A DNA stretch of 58,924 nt from a virus. Taxonomy: Duplodnaviria; Caudoviricetes. Location: positions 1-58,924 of IMG/VR virus record IMGVR_UViG_3300037119_004955; one strand, given 5' to 3'. The notes under the pieces are model-generated. The model searched no databases, was not told the origin of the DNA, and saw only the letters and a list, made by a program, of their open reading frames with translations. Below are positions 28,754 to 37,941 of the stretch, one piece after another (positions within the stretch are counted from its first letter, which is position 1; each line of letters begins with the position of its first letter). A program made the translations under genes and the position numbers.

Positions 28754-29082
28754 AAGAGAGACTAGTACTAGTAAGGTTAGATTGTCCGGACGACGAGGAC
28801 GCAGAAATCACGCGGAGGCGTGTGCAGAATGCCTTGAAGGTAGGCATCGGCTTTGTCTCCGCAGACATCACCGGGGCGCAGTCAAAGCACAAGACCAACA
28901 TGACCGCACAGCTGGAGATCGATCACCTTCGCGGCGTCCTCTATGTGCACGCGCTAGAGGGTCCTCTGGCGGGACGATCTGTCCTGCGCATCTGTCGCCT
29001 CCCCGCTCCGATACCTGAGGACACACAACTCGACATCACCCACATGCACGCGGCTAGCTGGAGAGGCGGTGACGACGAATGA
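28750..29082 (+). CDS. Hypothetical protein
   Basis: GGAGGAG RBS; ATGA coupling. Confidence 0.55.
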   Translation: MKERLVLVRLDCPDDEDAEITRRRVQNALKVGIGFVSADITGAQSKHKTNMTAQLEIDHLRGVLYVHALEGPLAGRSVLRICRLPAPIPEDTQLDITHMHAASWRGGDDE

Positions 29083-29330
29083 TCTGGATTGATGAAACCG
29101 TCGACCATCCAGTATTCGCGGGTGAAGCGCGTCTTGTGCCGGAGTGTGAAATTGTAGTTGACGACACCGGCCAGATCGTCACCCGCGACTGCTGCGCATT
29201 TTTCCCCAGAAGTGGCGTCGCCACCTTGTATTGCAGAGACTCATCTGATAGGTTGATGCTGCTATACAAGGGTGGTCGCCGTTTCGGGATCAGAAAGACC
29301 TTTGTGAGAGCCAAGATTGTGCGACTATGA
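29079..29330 (+). CDS. Hypothetical protein
   Basis: ATGA coupling on both sides. Confidence 0.5.
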   Translation: MIWIDETVDHPVFAGEARLVPECEIVVDDTGQIVTRDCCAFFPRSGVATLYCRDSSDRLMLLYKGGRRFGIRKTFVRAKIVRL

Positions 29331-30307
29331 AAATTATAGACGAAGACATCTATCGCCCATTCGAGTATGCCAAGTACAAAGCGGAGCGAGACAAGATCAA
29401 CCACCTGCAGCGCAGGCGCGATGCCGGCACTAAGCCGGACGGGCGCAAGGTGCCGCGTAAGCCAAAGAAGGGTGCGCTAGCCGAAGTCTGGTTCGATATC
29501 TTTCGCGCCAACGAGCTACTGCACCCTCTGGACAAGTTGACCGATATGGAAATCAATCTGCTAATGGTGCAGATCTTCCCACACAAGCATCCAAGGTTCT
29601 ACAGGGGAGTGTGGATATATCGGTGGAGGTACAACAAGGGCCTGCTTGCGCTAAAGGAGCGTCAACCTCCGCCTCCGCCGGGTGCCGAAGCGTGGCGTTA
29701 CACCAGGGTCCCATACAGTTTTTGCCCAGAATATGCCACCCCCAAGGACATAAAAGGGTGGACTAGGTGGATGTACCATCTGGAGAAGATGCTGACCGAC
29801 AAGATATGCTCCTCCATAACGGCGGATCAAAGGGCGTACGACATGTCGCTCGAATCGATCGACTCCATCTTCGCCAGGTTTCCTGGTAAATCTCCCCGGT
29901 CAGCTGATGATGTTCTTCTACCAGGACGAGTAGTGCGTTGTAGGGCTGGAGGTTCCGCCGTGGAGGTTGTGTACGAGGATTCGCCCGGTAAAGCAACCCC
30001 TCCAGCGAAAATAGAGCATCCGCAGCTGACGATGCGAGGGTACGAGGCCTCGGTGAGGCAGGAATGTGCCTACGAGCTACTGCGGCTGCCAGACGGGCGG
30101 GAGGTCATCGTGCCGAACCGCACTTTCGACCGGGCAGTCCGTTCATCGCTCACCCGGTACGTGGCCGAGGCAGAAAAGGCTGCTGCTGCGAACTGGAAGG
30201 CTTGGAACGCGACTGGGGATCCGCCCAAGTTGCCGGTCTGGCTGTACAAGATCATCGAGCGAGGATTTGACTCCGCCCGACACGTATACGAAAGCGAGCA
30301 CAGATGA
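29327..30307 (+). CDS. Hypothetical protein, putative DNA-binding; shares a domain with 34416-35033
   Basis: F..F..N...TD....FP....YR..YN.G pattern. Confidence 0.55.
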   Translation: MKIIDEDIYRPFEYAKYKAERDKINHLQRRRDAGTKPDGRKVPRKPKKGALAEVWFDIFRANELLHPLDKLTDMEINLLMVQIFPHKHPRFYRGVWIYRWRYNKGLLALKERQPPPPPGAEAWRYTRVPYSFCPEYATPKDIKGWTRWMYHLEKMLTDKICSSITADQRAYDMSLESIDSIFARFPGKSPRSADDVLLPGRVVRCRAGGSAVEVVYEDSPGKATPPAKIEHPQLTMRGYEASVRQECAYELLRLPDGREVIVPNRTFDRAVRSSLTRYVAEAEKAAAANWKAWNATGDPPKLPVWLYKIIERGFDSARHVYESEHR

Positions 30308-30852
30308 GTGAAATCATGACGCGAGCAGCTTTGAACGCGAAATACGAAATCGTGGTGGGAGACAATCTGCCGTTGAGTCAAAACTTGCAGGCCAGCATCA
30401 TCCGCTCTCACCTCGCCGCCCTCGACGAGATCGACCGGCTTAATGCGTGGCACCGAGCCGGGGATAAACTGCCGGACGCTGGAGTGCTGGTCTTGCTCGC
30501 TCAGGTATCCACGGCAATGCCGGGAGGGTATTTCCGCTCTACTGTAGCGCTGTGTTGTTCAGGCAAATACTGGAGTCACGACAGCTGGAACGGCACTCTT
30601 CCGATTCACCCGGATGATCTGTGGATGGATCTCCCCGCCCCCATGCCCGAGACAAAGGTGGGAGTCGATGAAACTGTTGGTATCGATTCGATGATCTACT
30701 TGCCGAACCAGCCAAGCTATCGCTGCGAGTGCGGCTGTAACGTATTCCGCAAAAGCAAGCTGAACGAATACAGATTCAAGTGTAACGCCTGCGGAGCATG
30801 GCACGTTGGCGGTCCCGCCCCCATGCCCGCCGAGAAAGAGGTGCAGAAATGA
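30304..30852 (+). CDS. DUF551-like mosaic protein with zinc ribbon
   Basis: W....KLP.....VL...WMDLP pattern plus CECGC/CNAC. Confidence 0.55.
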   Translation: MSEIMTRAALNAKYEIVVGDNLPLSQNLQASIIRSHLAALDEIDRLNAWHRAGDKLPDAGVLVLLAQVSTAMPGGYFRSTVALCCSGKYWSHDSWNGTLPIHPDDLWMDLPAPMPETKVGVDETVGIDSMIYLPNQPSYRCECGCNVFRKSKLNEYRFKCNACGAWHVGGPAPMPAEKEVQK

Positions 30853-31070
30853 GCAGCAACTTTCCACCGGGATACAGCGAGGACGGAGACGCGATCACTC
30901 ACGGTCGCGATTCCGCGATGTATCAAGAGCTTTGCCCAATCAAGGAGAAGTTCGATAAGTGGGCCGAGGCTTTTGGAAAAGAGTTTTTCAGCGTGACGAT
31001 GGAACAGGATGTAGCGAACGTCGGGATTCTTCTTGAGCACATCGCCCACGAACTCAACCAACCGCTTTAA
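30849..31070 (+). CDS. Hypothetical protein
   Basis: GAGGTG RBS; ATGA coupling. Confidence 0.55.
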   Translation: MSSNFPPGYSEDGDAITHGRDSAMYQELCPIKEKFDKWAEAFGKEFFSVTMEQDVANVGILLEHIAHELNQPL

Positions 31071-31082
31071 GAGGGACCAACC

Positions 31083-31307
31083 ATGATCGACCCCGCAAGA
31101 TTATCTGAGGACGACGTTGGCCGACTCGTGATTTATCACCGCGAGCATTGCAACCGAGAGGAAGGCAAACTCTCAAGCTGGAACGACAAGTTTGTATTCG
31201 TTCGGTTCAAAGGTCCGGGCGGCGAAGCATGTGAACCATCCGACGTTTCATTCGCGCTCGGCAATGGAGTTTACGGAATGGGAAAAGCAAAGGAGCCAAC
31301 GCCATGA
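31083..31307 (+). CDS. Hypothetical SH3-like protein
   Basis: DVGRLVIY...EEG.LSSWNDKFVFVRF. Confidence 0.6.
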   Translation: MIDPARLSEDDVGRLVIYHREHCNREEGKLSSWNDKFVFVRFKGPGGEACEPSDVSFALGNGVYGMGKAKEPTP

Positions 31308-31600
31308 GCAGCAGATTCGCGAGAGAAGCGGCGGATAAGTTTTACAAAGTCTGCTGCGACGACTCGGTTTGGTTTACCGAGTGGCTTGCCGAGATCATCG
31401 ACACCCAATACGCCCCGCTGATTGCGGCGATAAGAAAGGTAAGTATGGTGAGAAACAGTTTGGCATCACGCAATCAGCTAAATCGAGCGATAGGTAGACT
31501 TTGCCGGCAACTCGCCCTTCACGATCAGGAGACAACATCGAAGGAGAGAAGTAAAAAAGATCACGACGAAATGATCCGAGATTACAGGAGAGAAATGTGA
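31304..31600 (+). CDS. Hypothetical protein
   Basis: AAGGAG RBS. Confidence 0.55.
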   Translation: MSSRFAREAADKFYKVCCDDSVWFTEWLAEIIDTQYAPLIAAIRKVSMVRNSLASRNQLNRAIGRLCRQLALHDQETTSKERSKKDHDEMIRDYRREM

Positions 31601-31614
31601 AAGGAGCCAACACC

Positions 31615-32100
31615 ATGACCGACCAACCACGACGGACGGATGCGGAGATAGACGATTTCTTGACTGTGGCCGAAGCAATCGAAGCCGAAGCCACGCCGGG
31701 ACCGTGGAGAGCCGCCCCGATGGAGGAACTTTTCCCTGAATGCAAGGACAAGCCATACGCGAAGCAATGGGGCTGCGCTTGGCCCCACAAAGAGCGAGAG
31801 ATGGGCAACGAAGCCGATGCGAAGTTCAAGGCTTACGCCCGCACCGCTCTGCCTCAAGCCCTCGCCATCATCCGACAGCTTCAAACGCAACTCGCGGAGG
31901 CACGGGCGGTGATAGCGAAATTAAGACGCGAGGTAGAGAACATTGATGGCGAGGATGACATTGTGTTTAAGGGGCACGTTCTCAAAGTGATTGACACCGC
32001 CCTCGCCGCTCAATCCGCCGACGATGCGAAGCGGGGAGAGCAAAAAACCGACAAATCCAAACCATCACATCCCAGCAACGATGAAGGAGAAAAGGCATGA
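31615..32100 (+). CDS. Ead/Ea22-like protein
   Basis: ATPGPW...ADAKF.A.AR..LP motif followed by coiled coil. Confidence 0.65.
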   Translation: MTDQPRRTDAEIDDFLTVAEAIEAEATPGPWRAAPMEELFPECKDKPYAKQWGCAWPHKEREMGNEADAKFKAYARTALPQALAIIRQLQTQLAEARAVIAKLRREVENIDGEDDIVFKGHVLKVIDTALAAQSADDAKRGEQKTDKSKPSHPSNDEGEKA

Positions 32101-32642
32101 GAGTTAAGACCGTGGCTGCGGCAATATTCCCTCCCTTGTTCAAGGTCTTGTCACCGGACATTGAGGTATGGAGGTTCTTTTGGAAAGGAAAGAAGGGCAA
32201 CCGATATTCCCTAAGACCGTCCGCCCCCTTCACCGGCACCGTAGACAAGGCTATTACTTACGCACGTAAACAATGGCCTAACCTACGAGGTCAAATCGAG
32301 ATCGAGGAGGTCACCGTACATAAGGAATATCACGAGGCCCTCAAAAACCAAGAGTTCCGAGATGTGGTTGCCGGCAGGCAGCACCTGTACTACTTTGTAT
32401 ACTGGCGTTCCGATACGAAAGGACCGCATGGATTCCTTAACTTCTGTGGTCTGGCCAAGGCACACAGCCGCGCCCTTGCCGAAAGCGAGGCCTTACGCCG
32501 TTATGGGCTTATCAGCCGTCGCCTCACGGTCTTGCCTTGCCACCCCGGCGATCGAGACAAAGGCGAACTGGACCTTCTGCATCGGGCTGCTTCTACTCCA
32601 GAAGTGGCGCGCCTCTCGCTGCGGGTTCGGAGGGCTAAATGA
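32097..32642 (+). CDS. Hypothetical protein
   Basis: AAGGAG RBS; ATGA coupling. Confidence 0.6.
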   Translation: MRVKTVAAAIFPPLFKVLSPDIEVWRFFWKGKKGNRYSLRPSAPFTGTVDKAITYARKQWPNLRGQIEIEEVTVHKEYHEALKNQEFRDVVAGRQHLYYFVYWRSDTKGPHGFLNFCGLAKAHSRALAESEALRRYGLISRRLTVLPCHPGDRDKGELDLLHRAASTPEVARLSLRVRRAK

Positions 32643-33016
32643 TTTCGGAGTCGAAGGAGATTGACGGATACGAAGTATCTTTGAAGGACATCGTGCGCTT
32701 CCTATCGTTTGTCAAGGAAGACGAAAAAGGGTGCTGGGTGTGGCAAGGACACCGCGACGCTAAAGGGTATGGTCAGTTCTGGTGGAACGGAAACCCAGTA
32801 TGGGCTCATCGTTTCGCGCATGCCATATTCATCGGTATCGTTCCAAAGAAGCATCATGTGCACCATAAGCATGGGTGTCGCAATCCGTCATGCTGCAACC
32901 CGGAGCACATCCAGCAGATAACCCACAAAGCAAACTCAAAGGACGGTGCGTGGGTGCGCGAACACCGTAGGAAGATACTAGTGGACGCGACCTGCCTTTT
33001 ATTCGAAAGGGACTGA
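32639..33016 (+). CDS. HNH endonuclease
   Basis: CWVWQG...GYG...AHR...HH...CRNPSCCNPEH...N. Confidence 0.9.
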   Translation: MISESKEIDGYEVSLKDIVRFLSFVKEDEKGCWVWQGHRDAKGYGQFWWNGNPVWAHRFAHAIFIGIVPKKHHVHHKHGCRNPSCCNPEHIQQITHKANSKDGAWVREHRRKILVDATCLLFERD

Positions 33017-33019
33017 ACG

Positions 33020-33547
33020 ATGATATTTAAAGTAATCTCCGGCGGACAAACCGGTGTGGATATCTCAGGACTCCGCGCCGCCAAAAGTCTGGGCATAGAA
33101 ACTGGGGGGTGGATGCCACGACAGTACATGACTCATGATGGTTCTCACCCAGAATACGCTACCGAGTACGGTGTAAAGGTATTTGGTAGTTATAAAGATC
33201 GCACGTGGATGAACGTAAAGGCTTCCGACATCACCATCCGCATTGCGAAGGATTGGAACTCTTCTGGGGAAAACTGCACGCTCAATGCTTTGAAACATTA
33301 CGGTAAGACTTACTGGGATGTGGAGGTTGCGAACAATGGCGACGATGGACAGCTAATGTTTGTAAACTGTGTGAAAAACTCCATCGATGTAGTTTCAACG
33401 TTGATAGTTGCCGCAAAGCCGTACCAAAAAATCACAACTGTGAACATCGCTGGCAATAGTGAGAAGACCTGTCCAGGTATCGAAGAAATATCGCTTGTAT
33501 TTCTAACGGAACTATTCAAAAAGGTACTGCAATGGGACTCAAAGTAA
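33020..33547 (+). CDS. SLOG-superfamily protein (putative molybdenum-carrier family)
   Basis: ISGGQTGVD..GL.AA...G..TGGW.P, RT..NV..SD and NIAG motifs. Confidence 0.8.
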   Translation: MIFKVISGGQTGVDISGLRAAKSLGIETGGWMPRQYMTHDGSHPEYATEYGVKVFGSYKDRTWMNVKASDITIRIAKDWNSSGENCTLNALKHYGKTYWDVEVANNGDDGQLMFVNCVKNSIDVVSTLIVAAKPYQKITTVNIAGNSEKTCPGIEEISLVFLTELFKKVLQWDSK

Positions 33548-33792
33548 AACGTGTCGCCACTGCTCCGACAGGCGTAGTTACCATTGGTAAACTTGCCATG
33601 GGAGACTTGTTCTGCTTCACAGATGACCCGTCGAAGCTATGCTGGAAAGATCCGGAGTACCACGTGCCGGGGAAGACTTGGTACAAAGTAGTTGGCGTCG
33701 TCTCACCGGATAGTCTCTTTATGTGGCGCGTGAGCGATTGGTCGGCCCATTATTGCGCGGCGGACCTCGCCGTTATCCCTTTCAAGCCATGA
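33532..33792 (+). CDS. Hypothetical protein
   Basis: ORF packed between neighbours. Confidence 0.5.
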   Translation: MGLKVKRVATAPTGVVTIGKLAMGDLFCFTDDPSKLCWKDPEYHVPGKTWYKVVGVVSPDSLFMWRVSDWSAHYCAADLAVIPFKP

Positions 33793-34286
33793 TAATAAAA
33801 GTTGACAAGACTCCAATCCTGTTTGAAACGATAGCTCACAGGGATTTCAAATGCGCGGTGTGCAAAGGATGGATAAGAAGAACTCAATGGATGCTTGTGG
33901 AGCAGCATCTTCTGGGAGTAAACATATGGCATCATGGATGCTGCCCTCGACCGGCACTCGCAAAAGGTACCGCATCGCACAACCGGGTGGAGTTCAAACA
34001 GATGGGGAGCCGGATGGTGTGGGCACAGTTCGACGGAAACGATTACTACGACGTGATACAAAGACCACTGACTGGATTCAACAAGGTGAGAAACCAAAGA
34101 ATACTAGCCATGCCGATGTTCTCGTCATTCAAAAATCGCATCATAATGCTCGGCGGCCACAACACAATAGCGGATGCATTCTTCTGCTGCCAGCAGGAAG
34201 CGGTGTTCAAGATATATGCCAGTAGAAACTCAAACGAGCCGCTGGAACGACAAGGTGTTTTTCAGAAAAAGTTTTTGCGTTTTTGA
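33789..34286 (+). CDS. Hypothetical protein with CxxC...HxxC zinc motif
   Basis: CAVC...HHGC; ATGA coupling. Confidence 0.5.
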   Translation: MIIKVDKTPILFETIAHRDFKCAVCKGWIRRTQWMLVEQHLLGVNIWHHGCCPRPALAKGTASHNRVEFKQMGSRMVWAQFDGNDYYDVIQRPLTGFNKVRNQRILAMPMFSSFKNRIIMLGGHNTIADAFFCCQQEAVFKIYASRNSNEPLERQGVFQKKFLRF

Positions 34287-34297
34287 AAAGATTTGTT

Positions 34298-34326
34298 TTG
34301 CTTTTCGTTCTCGTTTCGGTTAAAAT
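34298..34326 (+). promoter_or_regulatory. Sigma70-type promoter P5
   Basis: TTGCTT-N17-TAAAAT. Confidence 0.8.
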
Positions 34327-34415
34327 GGGAAGCGTTCGGGCGGAAAAAAGTAACCGCCGCGAGGAACCGATACCGCCCCGGATATCCTTGCGAGCATGTT
34401 GAAAGGAAAGACGTC

Positions 34416-35033
34416 ATGGGACTGAAAGTTACTCGACCCGCAGGCACTGTGCCGAATAAGGCTCCGGCTGCCAAGGCAGCCAAGGCTCCGAAGGAACCCA
34501 AGCCAGCCCGACCCAAGATCTCCGCCACCGATGAAGAGATCATGGCTCTGTGCGCAGGGAAGTTGAACCCTCGCGACTACAAGGGCACGGCGCAACAGGA
34601 CGCACTCACGCAGGTCTCGGAAGATGGCAAGGCAGTCGGTCGTCCTCTGGGGGTATCCACCGGACTGCCCATCCAGCTGGCCTTTGGATACATGTTCCAG
34701 GAAAACCAGAAGGTCGCGTCCGCGTGTCGCATCAAGGGACTTGGTCACGCCACCGATGAGAAGTGCTCCGCGTGGATCAAGCGCGAGTTTCCTGGACGAG
34801 GTGCCGGTACCTTTGACAACATTGCCTACTGTCGCCGATACTTCAATAACGGTCAAGGCACCAAAGGCAACAAGCCGAAGTGGACCTCCGACCGGTTCGA
34901 CGACAACGGCGCAGCGATGGCCCCCGGCACTCGCGGCTTCAGCAAGAAGGAAGCCGTGCCTGCGAAGGCTGCCGTCGCCACCAAGCCGGTACTGGCGAAA
35001 CCCAAGGTAGTCGCCCGAAAGGCTGCGGCCTAA
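34416..35033 (+). CDS. Putative nucleoid/DNA-binding protein with Lys/Ala/Pro-rich tails
   Basis: Own promoter, GAAAGGA RBS, histone-H1-like termini; core similar to 29327-30307. Confidence 0.6.
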   Translation: MGLKVTRPAGTVPNKAPAAKAAKAPKEPKPARPKISATDEEIMALCAGKLNPRDYKGTAQQDALTQVSEDGKAVGRPLGVSTGLPIQLAFGYMFQENQKVASACRIKGLGHATDEKCSAWIKREFPGRGAGTFDNIAYCRRYFNNGQGTKGNKPKWTSDRFDDNGAAMAPGTRGFSKKEAVPAKAAVATKPVLAKPKVVARKAAA

Positions 35034-35042
35034 TCACGATTT

Positions 35043-35171
35043 GGATCTGACGGCGCACTATGGTTAAGTGCCAGTGATGACGATGGACCCGGCTAGGTGT
35101 GGTCATCCCCAGAGACTTACGTCTCGTTTGAGGAAACCGGGTGAGCAGGTTCGAATCCTGCCGTCAGATTT
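35043..35171 (+). ncRNA. tRNA-like structured RNA (acceptor, D and T arms; no canonical anticodon arm)
   Basis: ATCTGACG/CGTCAGAT closing stem, GCACT/AGTGC D-like arm, GCAGG-TTCGAAT-CCTGC T arm. Confidence 0.65.
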
Positions 35172-35209
35172 GTTGCGAAAAAATATTTGAAAAAAGTGCA
35201 AAAAAACTT

Positions 35210-35238
35210 TAGCTTTTCAAGAACGTTTCGGTTAAGCT
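35210..35238 (+). promoter_or_regulatory. Sigma70-type promoter P6 (replication operon)
   Basis: TAGCTT-N17-TAAGCT with A-tracts; same architecture as P1-P5. Confidence 0.6.
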
Positions 35239-35290
35239 GTACGCTCACGCATCCCAGGTGGGGTGGCTCGTCGGTTAGCCACCTCACCCT

Positions 35291-36790
35291 GTGGTGCAAA
35301 AACCTAGGAAAGACACCGTGCCGGCTACCACGGAACTGCTCACTAACCCCGTCAACGCGCGCCTATCAAGGCGTTATGATCCTTTCTCGCCGCCCGCGAG
35401 GCCTCCACTCGCCCATCAGGTAGAATGCCTGAAGCGAATGAGAAGGCCTCGTGTGCTATGCGGCGCAGAGACACGCCTCGGCAAGATCACGATGTTTTTC
35501 CACTGGCTCCACCTAGCGAAGGTGGCTGGCCCTACGCTAGTAGTTTCCCCAATCTCAGCCCACGATGGATGGGTGTCCGACGCTGAAGCGGATGGTGTAG
35601 AACTATTGCAGTATTCGGATGGAGCCGCCCGAGTCCTCGACCGCTTTCTCTCCAGAGAAACGCGCACCCCTTTCTGTGTACTCACCAACAGCGAACAACT
35701 ATTCACCACAAAGCGACGTTCAGAGTCTGGCGCAGTGGAGTTAAAATCTATCGCTCAAATGCCATGGGCCGCGATATGCTACGATGAGGTTCAAGGACTG
35801 CGCAACGTTCGCTCGCAAAGGTTCTCTGCCATCTGTAGCCTGCGAGAACCGATACAAAATCGCTGCGCCCTCACCGGACAGCTACGCCCAGAAAGCCTGC
35901 TGGATCTGTATGGGCAGATGTTCTTCCTACACGGCTTCTTCATGGGATGTCGCAACTTCTGGCAGTGGCGTAGCAAATACTTTGAACTGAAAGGATATGA
36001 CTGGGTGCCGAAGCCGGGCATGGCTGACCTAATCAAAGCAGCTGCTCACTCCAACGGGGCAGTAATGACGAGGAAGGAAGCCGGCATTGAGATACCGGTG
36101 ACCGTCCGTAAAGAAGTGGTGCGGATAGATCCTTGGGAGAAGAAGATATACAGTTATGTGCGTAAGCACTGGTACTGGCCCGACAAACAGCTGAGCACGA
36201 AGTTTGCTGTCGTGACTTACGCATGGCTGTCAATGATCTCTGGGGGATCATACGCTCATTTACTCCCAGAAGGTGCGCCCCGTCAATGGATACCGGCGAA
36301 GCGGTTAGCTCTGCTGCGAATGCTCGCGAATGAGCCAAGGCAAGTTGTGGTGGCATACCGCTTCAACAAGGAGTTAGACGACTGTTGGCTATTCCTGGAG
36401 AAAAACGGAATCAAAGTGTCGCCGCCAATAACCGGCAGAATGAGTCGCGCCGATCGGGCTGCGCACTGCCGGATGTTCCGGAGGGGAGATTACGACGTGC
36501 TGCTGGCGCAGGCGAAAGCAATTAACTTAGGGGTGGACCTAGCTTGCGCCTCGGTGCTTGTGTGGTATTCCGTGGTGCTGGACAATCTTAGCTTTAAGCA
36601 GGTGTCCGACCGGCTGTTCCACCCACTCAAGAAGACAAGCATTGAAGTAGTATATCTGGTGGCGAAGGACACAGTTGACGAAGAGAATGTCGAACTGCTG
36701 CTGGACAAGCGTCTCGACTCCAGACTGTTCCAAAGTCGTCTGCATCGTAAGATAACCGACATCGTAGGAAAGAGGCCCTTGTGCGCGTGA
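35291..36790 (+). CDS. SNF2-family helicase-like ATPase
   Basis: HQ Q-motif, RLGK, YDEVQ, LTG, DLYGQ..FL, GVDL..A and Q..DR motifs. Confidence 0.85.
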   Translation: MVQKPRKDTVPATTELLTNPVNARLSRRYDPFSPPARPPLAHQVECLKRMRRPRVLCGAETRLGKITMFFHWLHLAKVAGPTLVVSPISAHDGWVSDAEADGVELLQYSDGAARVLDRFLSRETRTPFCVLTNSEQLFTTKRRSESGAVELKSIAQMPWAAICYDEVQGLRNVRSQRFSAICSLREPIQNRCALTGQLRPESLLDLYGQMFFLHGFFMGCRNFWQWRSKYFELKGYDWVPKPGMADLIKAAAHSNGAVMTRKEAGIEIPVTVRKEVVRIDPWEKKIYSYVRKHWYWPDKQLSTKFAVVTYAWLSMISGGSYAHLLPEGAPRQWIPAKRLALLRMLANEPRQVVVAYRFNKELDDCWLFLEKNGIKVSPPITGRMSRADRAAHCRMFRRGDYDVLLAQAKAINLGVDLACASVLVWYSVVLDNLSFKQVSDRLFHPLKKTSIEVVYLVAKDTVDEENVELLLDKRLDSRLFQSRLHRKITDIVGKRPLCA

Positions 36791-37356
36791 AAACGGCCAA
36801 ACCGGACCCACAGCCCGCAGCTGGAGGGTTCTTTCAAACTGGGAAGCGGCAACCGAGCCTCCCGGCACGCGGGACTGTCCTAGGCGTTGACTCAGGCGTG
36901 GGAGGGGCTGGATATGCCGTGGTTGGATACCTGGGCAAGGTGGTATCGCTTGAGAGCGCGGTAATTGTGAACACTAGCCCCAAAGAGTTCATGGCCGAGA
37001 GACTGAGGCAAATATGCGCTCCGTTGCGTGGGCTGATAGTATCGCTCGGAGTCAAGAACGTAGTGATTGAAAAGCCAGTGGTGTACGGCAACGAGATAAG
37101 CCAGGCTGCCGCCGTGAAGGGTGACCTGCACACGCTGTCGTTCAGCGTAGGTGCGATATGTCTCTGCTGTCTCGAGGCTGGAGTGTCGGCGGAAAACATT
37201 GAACTGATAAATCCAAACCAATGGAAGGGGCAACTGAGTAAGGGGCAGGTTGCGGAACGAGTGTATCCGCTAGTTGATCAACACAGGTTCTCACTTAAAA
37301 GCCACTCGATCGATGCTGCCGGCATTGCTCTATGGTGGTTAGGAATGTTTGTATGA
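36781..37356 (+). CDS. RuvC-like Holliday junction resolvase
   Basis: VLGVDSG...GYAV, VVIEKP, P.QWKG and DAAGIA motifs. Confidence 0.85.
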   Translation: MRVKTAKPDPQPAAGGFFQTGKRQPSLPARGTVLGVDSGVGGAGYAVVGYLGKVVSLESAVIVNTSPKEFMAERLRQICAPLRGLIVSLGVKNVVIEKPVVYGNEISQAAAVKGDLHTLSFSVGAICLCCLEAGVSAENIELINPNQWKGQLSKGQVAERVYPLVDQHRFSLKSHSIDAAGIALWWLGMFV

Positions 37357-37769
37357 AGTTATCCGACACTGACATCTGTGCGTTACGCTCGGCTGCCGAC
37401 ATGGTACATAATACTGACTTCAGACTCGATGAGGTAGTGACGGCATGTAGGATCACCGACAAACGTCTGCATTTCGGCAGCGCGTTCTCGATCCTTCGCG
37501 CCGCCACCCGACTGGCTGGCGAAGCCGGTGAGTTTTGCAACGAGATCGGCAAGGTGGCATGCGCAGTCGGCCCCGGCTTCGAACTCACCGAGGAGCAGAA
37601 GAAGCGAGCCTCGCTCGAACTGTTCGACGCTTTCTGGTACATCCTCAAGAGTCTGCGCGAGATCGATGTTTCTCCCCAGAAGATGCTTGAGCTAGGCTTT
37701 ACAAAACTGGCCGATAAGTTCTCACAAGACAGACAGGAGTTAGAAAATGTTGAACCAACAGGACATTGA
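37353..37769 (+). CDS. MazG-like nucleotide pyrophosphohydrolase
   Basis: LAGEAGEFCNEIGK...ELFDAFWY. Confidence 0.8.
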   Translation: MKLSDTDICALRSAADMVHNTDFRLDEVVTACRITDKRLHFGSAFSILRAATRLAGEAGEFCNEIGKVACAVGPGFELTEEQKKRASLELFDAFWYILKSLREIDVSPQKMLELGFTKLADKFSQDRQELENVEPTGH

Positions 37770-37941
37770 TAAGCTGGCAGAATTAGTTGAAAAAATGGGC
37801 CAGCATATCCAGAAGCAGATAAAGTGCACGATGGTGTCGGTGAAGCTGGCCGGCATGATCGCTCACAACAACTCTGCTACTGACCCAGACGAGATCTATT
37901 CGCAGGCCAGCTTTGAAGAGTTAGCAAAGGAACTGGAGTGA
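37747..37941 (+). CDS. Hypothetical protein
   Basis: AGGAG RBS. Confidence 0.5.
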   Translation: MLNQQDIDKLAELVEKMGQHIQKQIKCTMVSVKLAGMIAHNNSATDPDEIYSQASFEELAKELE

